This document shows positions 25,357 through 38,367 of a stretch of DNA of 64,000 nucleotides, piece after piece (position 1 is the stretch's first letter; each line of letters opens with the position of its first letter). The notes beneath the pieces were generated by a model. It ran no database searches, was not told where the DNA came from, and saw only the letters and a list, made by a program, of their open reading frames with translations. Made by a program: the position numbers and the translations under genes. Source of the stretch: Octopus bimaculoides (Eukaryota); the NCBI RefSeq assembly GCF_001194135.2, contig NC_068982.1:12492633-12556632 (forward strand), given 5' to 3'.

Positions 25357-26529
25357 TGTGTGTGTGTGTACATGTAAGTATGTATGTATATATAAATATA
25401 GAATATTTAAATTTAGATACACACACATTATTATATAGATCTTGATTCAGTTAATATTTGTATTTCACTTTATATATTTATCTAAAACTAAAATAAATGA
25501 AATGAGCTAACAACCCATATTCAAGTGACAGACAAAAATACTATTTTAGGAAAGAAATAAGTAATTTTATCTATCCTGATAGAGAATGAGGTGAATATAT
25601 GTTAGGAAGAACACATACATATACATAAACACAGGCAATATCACACACACACACACACACACACACACTCTCCATATGTACACTCACACATACTNNNNNN
25701 NNNNNNNNNNNNNNNNNNNNNNNNNNNNNNNNNNNNNNNNNNNNNNNNNNNNNNNNNNNNNNNNNNNNNNNNNNNNNNNNNNNNNNNNNNNNNNNNNNNN
25801 NNNNNNNNNNNNNNNNNNNNNNNNNNNNNNNNNNNNNNNNNNNNNNNNNNNNNNNNNNNNNNNNNCCCCCTCTCTGTTTTTGCATGCATGTGTACATACA
25901 TTTATATTCTCCTATATGAAGAATGACTTCATTTATGACCCCACCCCCCAAGATAAATACAATAATAGGCTAAATGTGTGTTCTAACATTCATAGATGTT
26001 AGAAATACTGGGCAAGGAATGATGGGAGATGAAGATCTATGCATTCCTCGCTCCAATAAACATGCTGCTCACCTAATCATGTACCAATCAGGTTGAGATA
26101 CACATTTGTCAGCAAATGTTATGATAGAAATCAAACGAAATGATGTGTTGTTGGTAGAGTTTAGCTCTAGGTCAGTCCTGGTTGTGCAGCTTGAAACATA
26201 AAAGACACTTCAGATGTGACCCTTCTATTGCTTTGAATATCTAAGATGATATTGTCTTATGTGTCCCACCCATGCCAACATGGAAGGCAGACATTAAACG
26301 ATGATGATAATAATGATGTTCTTTGCATTTTAATAAGACATGGAGTAATTTGAGAGAGATGTGTCTGCTATTTGAAGAAGGCTTGCCCAATTAGAACATC
26401 TGTCTTTGGTTCAAAATGATGGGTCAGAAGAATCAGTCAATGTCAGACAAAATGCCTTGTGGAATTTGGTACACTTCTTTATATTCTGAGTTCACATTCT
26501 GAGGTGAATAAAATAAATAACATTATGCT

Positions 26530-27290
26530 TCTTTTTATAGTTGAGATGTTTTACTTAAGGTCGTGTTGAAGTGTTTCACACCATCGTTGATGAGTCATCT
26601 TTTGGTGGGTCATTTTAATTGTCAAGGATTTCTGATTATAGACAATTATGCTACGGTTGTTCAAATTTCCTTTCAATAACTATTATAACCACTTCCTTTG
26701 TCTTTGTGTATGCATTTTACTTTGAGTAAAGCATCTGTTTTGACAACCATTAATCTGGCATTTACATGACATGGCGAGTCACTGAAGCCAATGTCACATA
26801 ACCATGGCTTCAATGCAGTAGATATTGACTTGCTTGAACATACTGCCATTCTTCCATGTATTTTGCCACAGGATATACAAGTTTTCGGTTAGACATCTCT
26901 GATATTGTATATTTTTATATTGTAGATATGTCACTTGTCTGGTTTTCTAAACTATAGAGGACAGCAGGTGTAACAACTCTTCACACACTACAAGTCTGGT
27001 GCTTAGCCTCTGATCTTGAGTCTGTACATTCCCATCCTCCCATCTGACAAAAGGTGATGTTGACATTTTATATCCAGTGTTGGATCTCCTCACCAATATC
27101 AACATTCTGTTACAAGTGGCTTAGAAGAATTCTACATTTGTCCCAGTTCTACCATTTGTCAGGATCTTGTAATGCACAAATGGCAAGGTATTCAACACTG
27201 GAAGACCTTGTGCAAGAACAAAGACCATAACTGCATCAGAAGCTGAACTTCATTCTGGAGATGATTCCACAAGTGGAGGTGCATGACTTA
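26530..27290 (-). mobile_element. Old RTE (BovB-like) LINE 3' coding remnant
   Basis: Frameshifted translation resembles the RTE C-terminus (..IEAMVM.H.LQWL..; ..QRWCETLQHDLK). Confidence 0.65.
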
Positions 27291-27505
27291 GGGGCTAGAA
27301 TGTTGGGGTCATGATCGTAAGATTTATGGTTTCAACCCCTAGACTGGACGACTCATTGTATTCTTGAGCAAAACACTTCATTTCATGTTGGTCCTGTCTA
27401 CTCAGCTGGCAAAAGTGAGCAATCCTGTGATGGACTGGCATCCCCTCCAGGTGGGGAATTTATATGCCACAGAAACTGGGAAACTGGCCGTTATGAGTCA
27501 GCATA
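27285..27505 (+). mobile_element. tRNA-SINE with V-domain-like segment
   Basis: tRNA-like head, CORE-like ttgtattcttgagcaaaacactt, then cctgtgatggactggcatcccctccagg, which is V-SINE-like. Confidence 0.55.
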
Positions 27506-27645
27506 ACATATATATAAACAGATGTATATATATATATCTATATACATATATATATATATATATATATTTCGTATGTATATAAATTAATAAAGCACTGAAC
27601 CAATGCGTGTGTTTATTACCGGCATAATGCCTCTCCCACGGTTTA

Positions 27646-27676
<31 letters not shown>

Positions 27677-27832
27677 ACCGAGGGTATGAGAGGTATTGGT
27701 ATCTATAAGACCCAAAGAGTGTCAGGTAATGCTAAGTAGGTGCTATGGATAGACCATGGTTAAACTCTTGGTTCGATAATGATACAAGTGAGGAGTCTAA
27801 CATGGGTCTTGTATTAGCATGTATATATATAC

Positions 27833-28430
27833 ATATTAGACAGAATGAGATCACAAATCCAAGGCTATGAGGGGTTTTCAGGACATTTATAATGAAATAG
27901 ACTTACAGCTGTTTCTGGGATATTATGGATACCCTTTCATCAGAGATGGTGTGAGATAATATCTAAATTTGACCCATCTCCTCTTTCTAATCATACACAT
28001 CCCTTCTCCCTCCATCTATCCACAAATATACCAATACATTCTCAAATTTTCATTCACACCACAAAACTCTTTTGAACGAGCAATCCTGATTCCATGGCTC
28101 CGTACTTTGAAATGACTAAACATGACCTGCTATTGGAGCTTACATACCATGTACAGGAAACTTTTTTAACCCTTCTATACACCATTTTCCTCGAATAATG
28201 GAACTGCAACTACAATATCTTTATATATCTTATTTCTACTTTCATTCTCTTATTTTCCCTCTATATTCCCTATCTCATCTTTTTGTACAATAATTCGAAC
28301 TCAAATATTTTCTCACACCATTTCTGATGAAGGGATATCCATAATATCTCAGAAACAGCTGTAAGACTATTTCATTATAAATGTCCTGGAAACTGGTCAC
28401 AGCCTTGGATTTTTTATCTCATTCTGTCTA

Positions 28431-28436
<6 letters not shown>
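27833..28436. mobile_element. Penelope-like remnant: inverted ~135-bp pLTRs, each with a hammerhead core
   Basis: 27833-27971 (-) and 28297-28436 (+) are inverted copies. Both contain CTGATGA..GAAACAGCTGTA. The outer ends abut TA repeats. Confidence 0.7.
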
Positions 28437-28467
<31 letters not shown>

Positions 28468-28468
28468 A

Positions 28469-28502
<34 letters not shown>

Positions 28503-28680
28503 GTATTTCAAAGGGCCAACCTTGTCACACTCTGTGTCATGCTGAATCTCTCCGAGAACTACGTTAAGGGTACACGTGTCTGTGGAGTGCTCAGCCACTT
28601 GCACGTTAATTTCACGAGCAGGCTGTTCCGTTGATTGGATCAACTGGAACCTTCGTCGTCGTAACTGATGGAATGCCACA

Positions 28681-28713
<33 letters not shown>

Positions 28714-28744
28714 GACACACACACACTTACACACACACACACAC

Positions 28745-28824
<80 letters not shown>

Positions 28825-30171
28825 AATATTCTGAACATTTTCATTCAAGATTATTGTAAGAAGCGAGTTATTGTTAACAGATGAGATGTTCCATCATATG
28901 GTATGACTTTTAAAACTGATCAGATGTATTTTTTTAAATCGATCAGATGTACCAAGTAATTGAATGACTGTCAGTTAAAAACTAATTAAAAACACTGGAA
29001 TTCTGATATTGTGTCACAGAATCATTGAAATACAAAGGAAATTTCCACAAACAAGAGATTAAATAATTAACCATAGTTTATGGTATTCAATTGAATTATT
29101 TCAGAGACTTTTATGGTTAATGATTGTAAAAATGTTACCAAATAAGGAATGATTATAATAGAGAGTGTTGTCAGAAAAGGAATTGCAGCATTAAAAGAGA
29201 AGCGAGTGTAGGAATCTCTAGATTCTGAAAAAGTCTATGCATGAAGAGAAAGTCCTTCAAGAAGCAAACATATCTTTTTAGTATTTCGGAATGCAATATA
29301 AATGAATGGTACTGTTTATCACAGGAGGTCCCCTGAGATAAGATGTTGGTTGAAGATATTTCTGAATAATGTTGTCCTGGAAATTCAATATCGTCCAAGT
29401 ATTTATTATCTGTACTAGAAATCTTGAGATTTAACTGATAACATGAGCATTATATAAGACTGTACGGAACAGCAAATCAATGTCAAAGCAAGTCTATACT
29501 TGACCTGTTTGAAGTCATTAAAAAGCTTAATGTGAAAACAAGTGGTTTTTCATACAAGGTGTATGAAGAGATATCCTTTCTGGAAGTATGTAAAGAAGTA
29601 GAAAGCAGAGGGTGGGTAGAGATAGAGATAGACAGACAGACATTCTGTGCGTGTGTATGTGTGAGAGAGAGTGTGTTGTAGTTTTCATCTAAGAGACAAT
29701 ATAAATTTAATCTTATTAATTTTAAAAGGAATAATTTTTGCATTGTTTTCAAGTTCATGTTATTAACAGTCTGTACCATGACTGAAAGCTTAATGAAAAA
29801 GCAACAAAAACAGAAAGCGAAAAGGACAACAAAAACTAACGATCTCTCATATATGGTTGTTTGTTTTATTATTCCTAAAGCCACCACTTCTTTATTTGTT
29901 TATTTATTTTATATTGCAAATGGTGAACAATAGCTTCATTGCTTATTGGTTTCCAAAGAACCATTCATTGGTTCACTGCATTTCTTAAAGCAAAAATGAC
30001 AAAGTAGTATCTGTAACTCATTGCAGAACAAACAATCATATGGGACCTCACTCACAATGTATGGCTTTATTGATATTTCTTACTAATGTTTATATCCTTC
30101 GCCTATATGCATCAATATACATCGATGAATGATACACACATGTATATATACATACACACAGACAGATGCAT

Positions 30172-30207
<36 letters not shown>

Positions 30208-30387
30208 GATGAGCTCTCATGCAGTTCCCATTTGATTGTTTAGTCACAAAATATCGATGAACCCATGGCTATTGATGATGACACTTGCCCAGGAGTCACA
30301 CAGTGGGTTTTGAACCCAGAACCATGTTGTTAGAAAGAGAAGTTCTTAACCACACAACCATGACTGCATCAATAATTAAAATAACCA

Positions 30388-31160
30388 AGGCGGTGAGCTG
30401 GCAGAATCAGTAGCACGTATTTTGTGGTATTTTGTCTGTCTTTACATTCTGAGTTCAAATTCCACCAAGGTTGACTTTGCCTTTTATCCTTTTGGAGTTG
30501 TCAAATTAACTACCAGTTGTGTATTGGGGTCGATATAATCGACTGATCTCCTCCCCAGAAATTTTGGGCCTTCTGCCTAGAGTAGAAAAGAATATTTCAT
30601 TCTTCTCCGCTTTTATTCTATTACTGGGGGTCGATCTAATCGACTGGCCCCCCCTCCCCCAAAATTTCAGGCCTTGTGTCTAGAGTAGAAAAGAATAATC
30701 AAAATAAACAAGGCACTGAGCTGGCAGAAATATTAGCATGTCGGATTAAATGCTTAGCGGTATTTCGTCTGCCACTATGTTCTGAGTTCAAATTCCACCG
30801 AGGTCGACTTTGCCTTTCATCCTTTCAGGGTTGATGAATTAAGTACTAGTTGCATATTGGGGGTCGATCTAATCGACTGGCTCCCCCTCCCCCAAAATTT
30901 CAGGCCTTGTGTCTAGAGTAGAAAAGAATAATCAAAATAAACAAGGCACTGAGCTGGTAGAAATATTAGCATGTCGGATTAAATGCTTAGCGGTATTTCG
31001 TCTGCCACTATGTTCTGAGTTCAAATTCCACAGAGGTCGACTTTGCCTTTCATCCTTTCAGGGTCAAAAAATGAAGTACCAGTTGCGTATTGGGGTTGAT
31101 CTAATTGACTGATCCCCACCCCAAAAATTTCAGGCCTTGTGCCTAGAGTAGAAATGAATA
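30388..31160 (+). mobile_element. Head-to-tail array of Nin-domain SINEs (three full copies and one partial; 233-bp period)
   Basis: tagagtagaaaagaataatcaaaataaacaaggcactgag occurs at 30681 and 30914. A similar aataattaaa..aacca flanks the whole array. Confidence 0.85.
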
Positions 31161-31419
31161 ATTAAATTAAACCATACTGCAGTCTAGCTTGAGACCATTA
31201 TGTTCACTGTTGTTCAATTGCTGTCATGTGGAATGGTATCGGAACATTTTGCATCAGTTTCAGAGTTCCTTTTTGAAATAATAAATGAAGAATGACCAGA
31301 TTAATGCATAAACGACCTGAATAGCCAAATCCTTGTTTGGCCAACAGTGCTAAAATACAGTCAGCATTCATATCAAGTAAACACACACTATTGCATTACC
31401 CAAGTACAAATGTAGAATA

Positions 31420-31626
31420 TATTCTTTTAGTCTTTTACTTGTTTCAGTCATTTGACTGTGGCCATACTAGTGAACTACCTTTAGTCAAACAAATTGACCC
31501 CAGGACTTATTCTATCGGTCTCTTTTTGCCAAACCACTAAGTTACGGGGATGTAAACAGACCAACATTGATTGTCAAGCAATGGTGGGTGACAAGCACAA
31601 ACACACAAATACATACATATATACAT

Positions 31627-31692
<66 letters not shown>

Positions 31693-32100
31693 ATATATAT
31701 GTATGTATATATGTATGTATATATATACATAGCTACACTCTCTGAGTGGTTGGCGTTAGGAAGGGCATCCAACTGTAGAAACTCTGCCAAATCAGATTGG
31801 AGCCTGGTGTTGCCATCCGGTTTCACCAGTCCNNNNNNNNNNAGCCTGGTGTTGCCATCCGGTTTCACCAGTCCTCAGTCAAATCGTCCAACCCATGCTA
31901 GCATGGAAAGCGGACGTTAAACGATGATGATGATGATATATGGGCTTTCAGTTTTTGTCTGTGAAATCCACTCACAAAGCTTTGGTCAGCTCGAGGCTAT
32001 AGTACAAGACACTTGCCCAATGTGCCATGCAATGGGACTGAACCCAGAACCATGTGGTTGGGAAGCAAGCTTCTTACCACATAGCCACACCTGCATCTAT
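31420..32100. mobile_element. Minus-strand CORE-like SINE with a plus-strand RTE tail (31730-31935) nested in its internal microsatellite
   Basis: Order is 3' module (31420-31590), microsatellite, RTE tail, head module (31940-32100). Confidence 0.8.
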
Positions 32101-35100
32101 ATATCTACAACTTTCTAAAATTTCTCATTAGGTTTCACAATTTCTGATAATCTAACACGGCCACCACATATGATGGAACAATGATTGCTTCCAAATGCTA
32201 GAGTTCCTTTTCTGATCGTAATTCATTTCAGTTTTCAACTCTGAATATGGTAAAAAAAAAAAGACTCTTCCCTACTACTGGCAAACACACGTTAAAATAC
32301 TGTTCAGGACATCATGGCCAAAATAGACAATGAGACCTAGGGCAGTTCCTGGCTTTGTAGTAATAGAAACCATGCCAAATCAGATTGGAACCTGGTGTAG
32401 CTCCCCAGCTTACCAGTCAAATCATCCAACCCATGCCTGCATGGGAAACAGACGTCAAAGGATAATGATGATGATGATGATGATGTATCTGTAATAACAG
32501 AGATGCTTTGTATCACGTTTACTTCACATTTAACTAATTTTGTTCAACCATAGCTGCACATATTAATCTATATCTTCATTATTCATTACAGAATCTGCAA
32601 AAGTACATGGTCCTTCCATTAAAAACTATTAGCTGCCACGCTTCTTTGATAACAACACATAGCTTGTTTTTTTTCCCCCTTTTAAATATTTTGTTTCATT
32701 CTTTTCTCCCACTCTTATTTTGACAAAAGACAACTGTCTGAAAAGTCAATAATTCATCCTTCCCTTAGCATCAGATACATTGAATTTCCACTTGTTTCTT
32801 TTTTTTTTTTGTTTTATCGATTCCTTTCCTATCCCTCTTGGACTTTTTTCATAATTTCCTCTGGATGTATATTCATATGTTTATCACACAGATGCATTGA
32901 TGTCAGGTCATTGGATAATTGCTTTGCAGTAATTGCTCCAGCTCTCTGCATTCTGAGTTCAGATCCTACAAAGTTCGCATCTACTTTATAGCTTTCTAGG
33001 ATTGGCAACAATACCAGTCCAGGGCAGTAGATTTCTGGAACTCTTTGAAAATTGGACATGACATTTTGCAGGATCTAAACTGACTATTTGCAGTCTGAGT
33101 TCAAATCCTACTGCCTGTCACCAGCCTCCTTGTGATAGGAAATAGAATTTGGTGGATTCATCTAACAGTGAAAGCCTCCATTATCAGTTCTAGTGACATG
33201 TTGATTGTAGTAGCATCTGGATTACAACAATGAAACAAGTGGACTCTGCAAAAATGAGAATTTTGTCCTAATATAGTTAGGACAAAAAAACAAAATGGGG
33301 AAAAGTTTGCTTGAGTTCAAATCCAGGTGAAGTAAACTTTACTTTTTCCCCTTATAAGGTAGACAGTATAAAGTACCAGTCAAGTACTGAGAACAATTCA
33401 CATTCCTTAAACTAGACACTGGAATTATTATAGAAAACTATGAGTAATCTAAGACTTGAAAGGATCATAGATACTTACCCTCGTTCTTGAACTGAGTAAC
33501 AATTTTAAAAAGATATTACTTTAGATGGCTGATAAATAAGTACACATTTTTGGCTTAGGAATGAAAATGGTGCCAGCAATCCTAATATATATTTATTTTT
33601 TGCTACCAATTCTTTGACATATAAATTCATGCTTAAAATATGTATTAATATATACATATGTATAAATATGAAGTAATGATCTAAACATGGTGCACTTGGA
33701 ACCCTGGCATTTCTTAAGCCCTTCACAATATTTAGCTTGTTTGCTAATACTTCTAATAGTTTCATTAAGGTTCCTCTATATATTATGATGTGAAATGCAC
33801 TTATTTTGATAGCATTTTATTCTGAATCATGGCTTTAAGTATTATTTTATTATACTACACAAATGTCTGTTTTTGATTCATATTTAGATGAGAATAAAAA
33901 TTTCTATTGAGCAAGAAAGAAAATGTTCATTTCAATGTAAATTGCAACAGAAAGGAAATGTAGATGAAATATTTATTATGGCTTCATAAATTCCTCTGAT
34001 GTAGTAGCACAGTAGTATTTTAATAACTTAATGATAATGTGATGGCTTAAGACTACAAGCAGATTAATCTCGTGATGTTTTACAACCTTAATTAGAAAGC
34101 TACAGTGATCCTTTAAATAGTAATTATGCACATAACTTTATGCATATTTATCAATCCATCAGTTTGTCTCCAGATACATTGATTTAGGCTAGAAATTCTA
34201 TTCTATTCTATGTATTTTGTTTATCTGTTGTATCTTTGTCTTTCCATCATTTATAATCTAAATGTGTGAAGAATGTCAGAATGTCTAGTGACTAGTAGAT
34301 TAAAGCAATTCTGTTCTTGTTAACAATAGATGAATTCTATCTTTGTACAAAACTCTGTTCAAAGTGTATATTAGATGTGTGTTACAATGAAACAATGTTA
34401 GTGAAATATGGCAAGTAGATGTTAAAATTGGATAACACATAGACCAGTTTTTTTTATTATTATTCTCTACATCTTATTCCCTACCCAAATCTAAAGAATA
34501 CACTTCAGTTAAAAGCAAACTAACCGCATGATTAGAAATTAAAACATCAAATAATGTTGTTCTAACAAGTACATAAAGCAATATGGACATCAGTAGCTAT
34601 TACTGCAAGGTAACCAGAGTAGGTTTGTGTTAATAAAAATTTAGAATATAGTAGTTAGTACTTTAGGGAGATTGCATATAACAAATAAAATGATTGTGCA
34701 TGAGATAATGTGGTAAGCGATGATTATACTGAAACTTTCAACCTTTAATATCACAGCAAAAATAGACCATAAAAATATTACTAAAGAATAATTTATTTCC
34801 CATTTTTTTTCTTCACCTGCCTTTATAAACCTCTTAACAATTAGCAGACATGCTAGATAGGATCAGTATTAATCTTATTATAATCAACAATGTTGGGGAA
34901 ATAGATAGATTTGTTGGAAGTCTATTGTTATTGGGGTAAAATTATTTCTTTTGTCATGCAATAAAGATTTTATTTATTTATCTATATTTTTGCTTCTGTT
35001 TATTTAAATTCCTTTAACGTTTACTTACATGAAACGTAAGCAGAAAAGTCAGTTGGTGATTTAAATGCCTTTGGATTAATATAAGCTACAGCATTTATAT

Positions 35101-35993
35101 TGAAAAAAATTTTAAGACTTTAGGAAAGCACTGCACTAAATGAATAATGTCTATAAAGTAGGTTAATATCCTATTTATTATTCATTGTCGTGATAGCAGA
35201 AAGAATAAAAAACAAGTGAATTATTGACTTCCACAAAGTCAATAAAATGATAGTTCACTATGCTGCACCATAACATAGTAAATATAGCATAATAAATCAT
35301 TCTTTTCTATGATACCATAATACACAATACCATTTATACCATCATGCAATGTTCAATATTATACCCTATTAAAGTATAACTTATCTGGATACCATATCAT
35401 ATAATATTTCATATATTCTTTTGTTAGTTTGCACTTGTTACAGAGTTTGAAGTATTAAGCTAAGCCTGTTTAAATTAATTCTTGACATAGCAGTAATGAA
35501 TGCGTGCTCTAAATACCCCACCTCTCCCCAAAACACATGCATAAACTAATGCATGAATGCTTATGAAGGTTGCACACAAGTGTTATGTATTTCTACCATC
35601 AATCAAAATATCTATGAAAGAAGAATGAGATGTAAATTGTTTACATTGCCACTTACAAGTTGTATATTAATTCCTTACTGAAATTATTCACTTCATTTTC
35701 TTATGTCAAACTAAGTTCTCACATCTTCCACCACTCGTATATCTCGTACTGCTTTCTGCATCGTGCAGGCATTAAATTCCAGTCAAGCTTTATATAGATT
35801 GTTATAAGTAATGCAGTGTCTGAATACACACACACACACACATGCATGTGCACTCCCACACACAAGCATGCATCTGTACGTGCATGCACACACACACACA
35901 AACACACACACAAATACACATGCACATACACATTCACATCATACAGACATACAGACACACATATATATAATGAATACATATATATATATATAA

Positions 35994-36068
<75 letters not shown>

Positions 36069-36114
36069 AAGAAAGAAAGAGATGGAAAAAGAGCCACAGC
36101 AGCTATTTTTGGTT

Positions 36115-37210
36115 TGTTATCATCATCATCACCATCATTTAGTAATTGTTGTCCATGCTGGAATGAGTTCGACGGTTTGACCAGGGCTGGCAAGCTGAGG
36201 GGCTGCACCAAGCTCCAGTCTGTTTTGGCAATGTTTCTATGACTGGATGCCCTTCCTAATGCCAACCACTCCAAGAGTGTAATGAGTGCTTTTATGTGCT
36301 AGTGGCACGGGTGCCACTTGTGTGACACCAGTCTCTGCCATGGTGATGATTTCATTTGGCTTGGTGGGTCTTCTACCCAAACATGGCATATTACTGAAAG
36401 TTTTGGTCATATGTCATTACCTCCATGAGGCCCAACGTTTTAAAGGTGCTTTGTACATGCCACTGGCATGGGTGCTAGTTACACAATACCAGCACAGGCC
36501 ATATTGCCTCTGTGAGGCCCAATATACAAAAGTTGCTTTCTACATGCCGCTGGCATGGGTGCCTGTTATGTGATTCTGGCATCGACCATGACTATGATTT
36601 CACTTGGCTTGATGGGTCTTTTCAAGCATGACATATTGCCACAGATCTCAGTCACTAGTCATTGCCACCATGATGCCCAATGTTTGAAGATCATGCTTCA
36701 CCACCTTGTTCCGTATCTTTCTGGGTTTACCTCTTCCACAGGTTCCCTCAACAGTTACAGATCAGCTATTCTTTACACTGCTGTCCTCGTCCATATATGT
36801 CACATGACCATACCAGTGCAGTCGTCTCTCTTGCATACCACATCTGATGCCTCTTATGCCCAACCTTTCCCTAAAAATGCTTATATTCTGTTGTACATGC
36901 ACACTGACATTGTACATTTAGCGAAGCATACTAGCTTAATTTCTTTCAAGCATATGCATGTGTTTGGTGGTCACAGCCCATGTTTCTCTGCTGTGTAGTA
37001 TAGCTGTTCACACACACGCATTATACAGTCTGCCTTTCGTTCTGAGGGAGAGACCCATTGTTGCCAGCAAAGGTAGGAATACTCTGAACTTTACCCAGCC
37101 TATTCTTATTCTCACAGCCATGCTCTTGGAGCATCCACCTCTGCTACTGACTCAATCACCTAGATAACAGAAGCTATCAACTACCTCTAGTTTACCCACC
37201 TGGCAGTCGA
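36115..37210 (-). mobile_element. RTE LINE 3' end: coding C-terminus, duplicated ORF end, UTR and (GAT)n tail
   Basis: Decayed C-terminal region homologous to 14330-14780 and 48290-48510, continuous with the common tail. This links the tail to RTE. Confidence 0.85.
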
Positions 37211-37412
37211 TGGAGTCTATTTTCTGTACATTTTTTGTTGGTACATGGTACTTCATTATGCAAACACAAAAAAACTATAAGATATACTAAATGTTTCCAT
37301 AAGTCAATACTACATTCTATTGCATCAGCAGTGTTTCTTACATTATCTTGTTAAGGGTATTTCTACAGATATTCTATATAACTTACAGCCAGCACTGATT
37401 TTTACTACAACG

Positions 37413-38012
37413 TTTCATATCAAGACGTCAGATGTAAACAGACAATGTAATCGAAGTCAAAAATGGTCAATGAGTGTATACACCCTATTTCAGGGGTTGT
37501 TGTCCCTTTTTCAGCACCCAACTAACCCATTCTCACCTCCGAACACATTGCTTACATAGCCATTACATACTGTGGTGTGAAGTTAATGGTTATACCAATT
37601 TACATATTTTGAAAACATTTTGCATACTGTTCTATATTTAAGAGATGAAGAATTATATACACTATTTACATTATTTACATTATTTACATTTGACAGATAT
37701 TTGTCCTCATCTTGTTTGTTGTTAACACAACATTTTGGCTGATATATCCTCCAGCCTTCATCAGGTGTCTTGGGGAAATTTCGAACCTGGGTTCTCATTC
37801 CTAAGGTATTTTTCGATGTTATTATTATTATTATTATTATTATTCTTATTGTTGTTGTTGTTGTTGTTGTTGTTATTATTATTATTATTCAGGCCACTGA
37901 ATAAGGAACGCTGAAGAAGGGACAACAACCCCTGAAATATGGCAGATATACTCATTACCCACTTTTATCTTCGATTACATTGTCTGTTTACATCTGACAT
38001 CTCGATATGAAA
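37413..38012. mobile_element. ~103-bp inverted repeats (37413-37515 / 37910-38012) enclosing a family-B pLTR and (AAT/AAC)n
   Basis: tttcatatc.agac.tcagatgtaaacagacaatgtaatcgaag..tttcaggggttgttgtccct..tcagc is mirrored on the other side. Confidence 0.75.
37724..37769 (-). ncRNA. Hammerhead motif family B, CpG-decayed
   Basis: gacac CTGATGA a ggctg gaggatatat cagcc aAAAtGTT gtgtt. With the 48952 copy the consensus is GAAACGTT, and stem I is gacac/gtgtt. Confidence 0.55.
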
Positions 38013-38280
38013 TGTAGCAAAAAATTGTAGAAATGACCTTAACAAAATTCTGTAACAACATTCCTTGTGATAATTATTCAGTACCAAGCTACATAAACTC
38101 CTCAGTCATTCATACCATCAAAAATATAATGAAACAGGGAATTAGAGTACCAAAACAATGTAAAGTGAGGTGTTCTTGCTTGTGGCCTGGTAAGATATTT
38201 GTACTTCAATCAGGTGAACTGATATTCCAAAAATTGCATTAGTTACTTCAACACAAACCTACAGAGAAGTCTCTCTTTAG

Positions 38281-38367
38281 TTGCTTTAGCAGCACACTAC
38301 CATTTTAAAAAAGAATGGATGGAAACATTGGTCAGTGTTGTCTCTGGATACATAAGAAGACAGACAG
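38281..38367 (+). CDS. Candidate exon (ALAAHYHFKKEWMETLVSVVSGYIRRQT)
   Basis: Acceptor gtctctctttag, perfect donor CAG|gtaagt, purine-first codon bias. Overlaps a competing minus-strand candidate at 38301-38417. Confidence 0.3.

Noticed and set aside
30388-31160. CRISPR-like or other prokaryotic array
   Set aside because: The units are eukaryotic SINEs. There are no unique spacers or cas genes.
31801-31874. Direct 32-bp duplication either side of a 10-N gap
   Set aside because: Typical overlapping-contig artefact.
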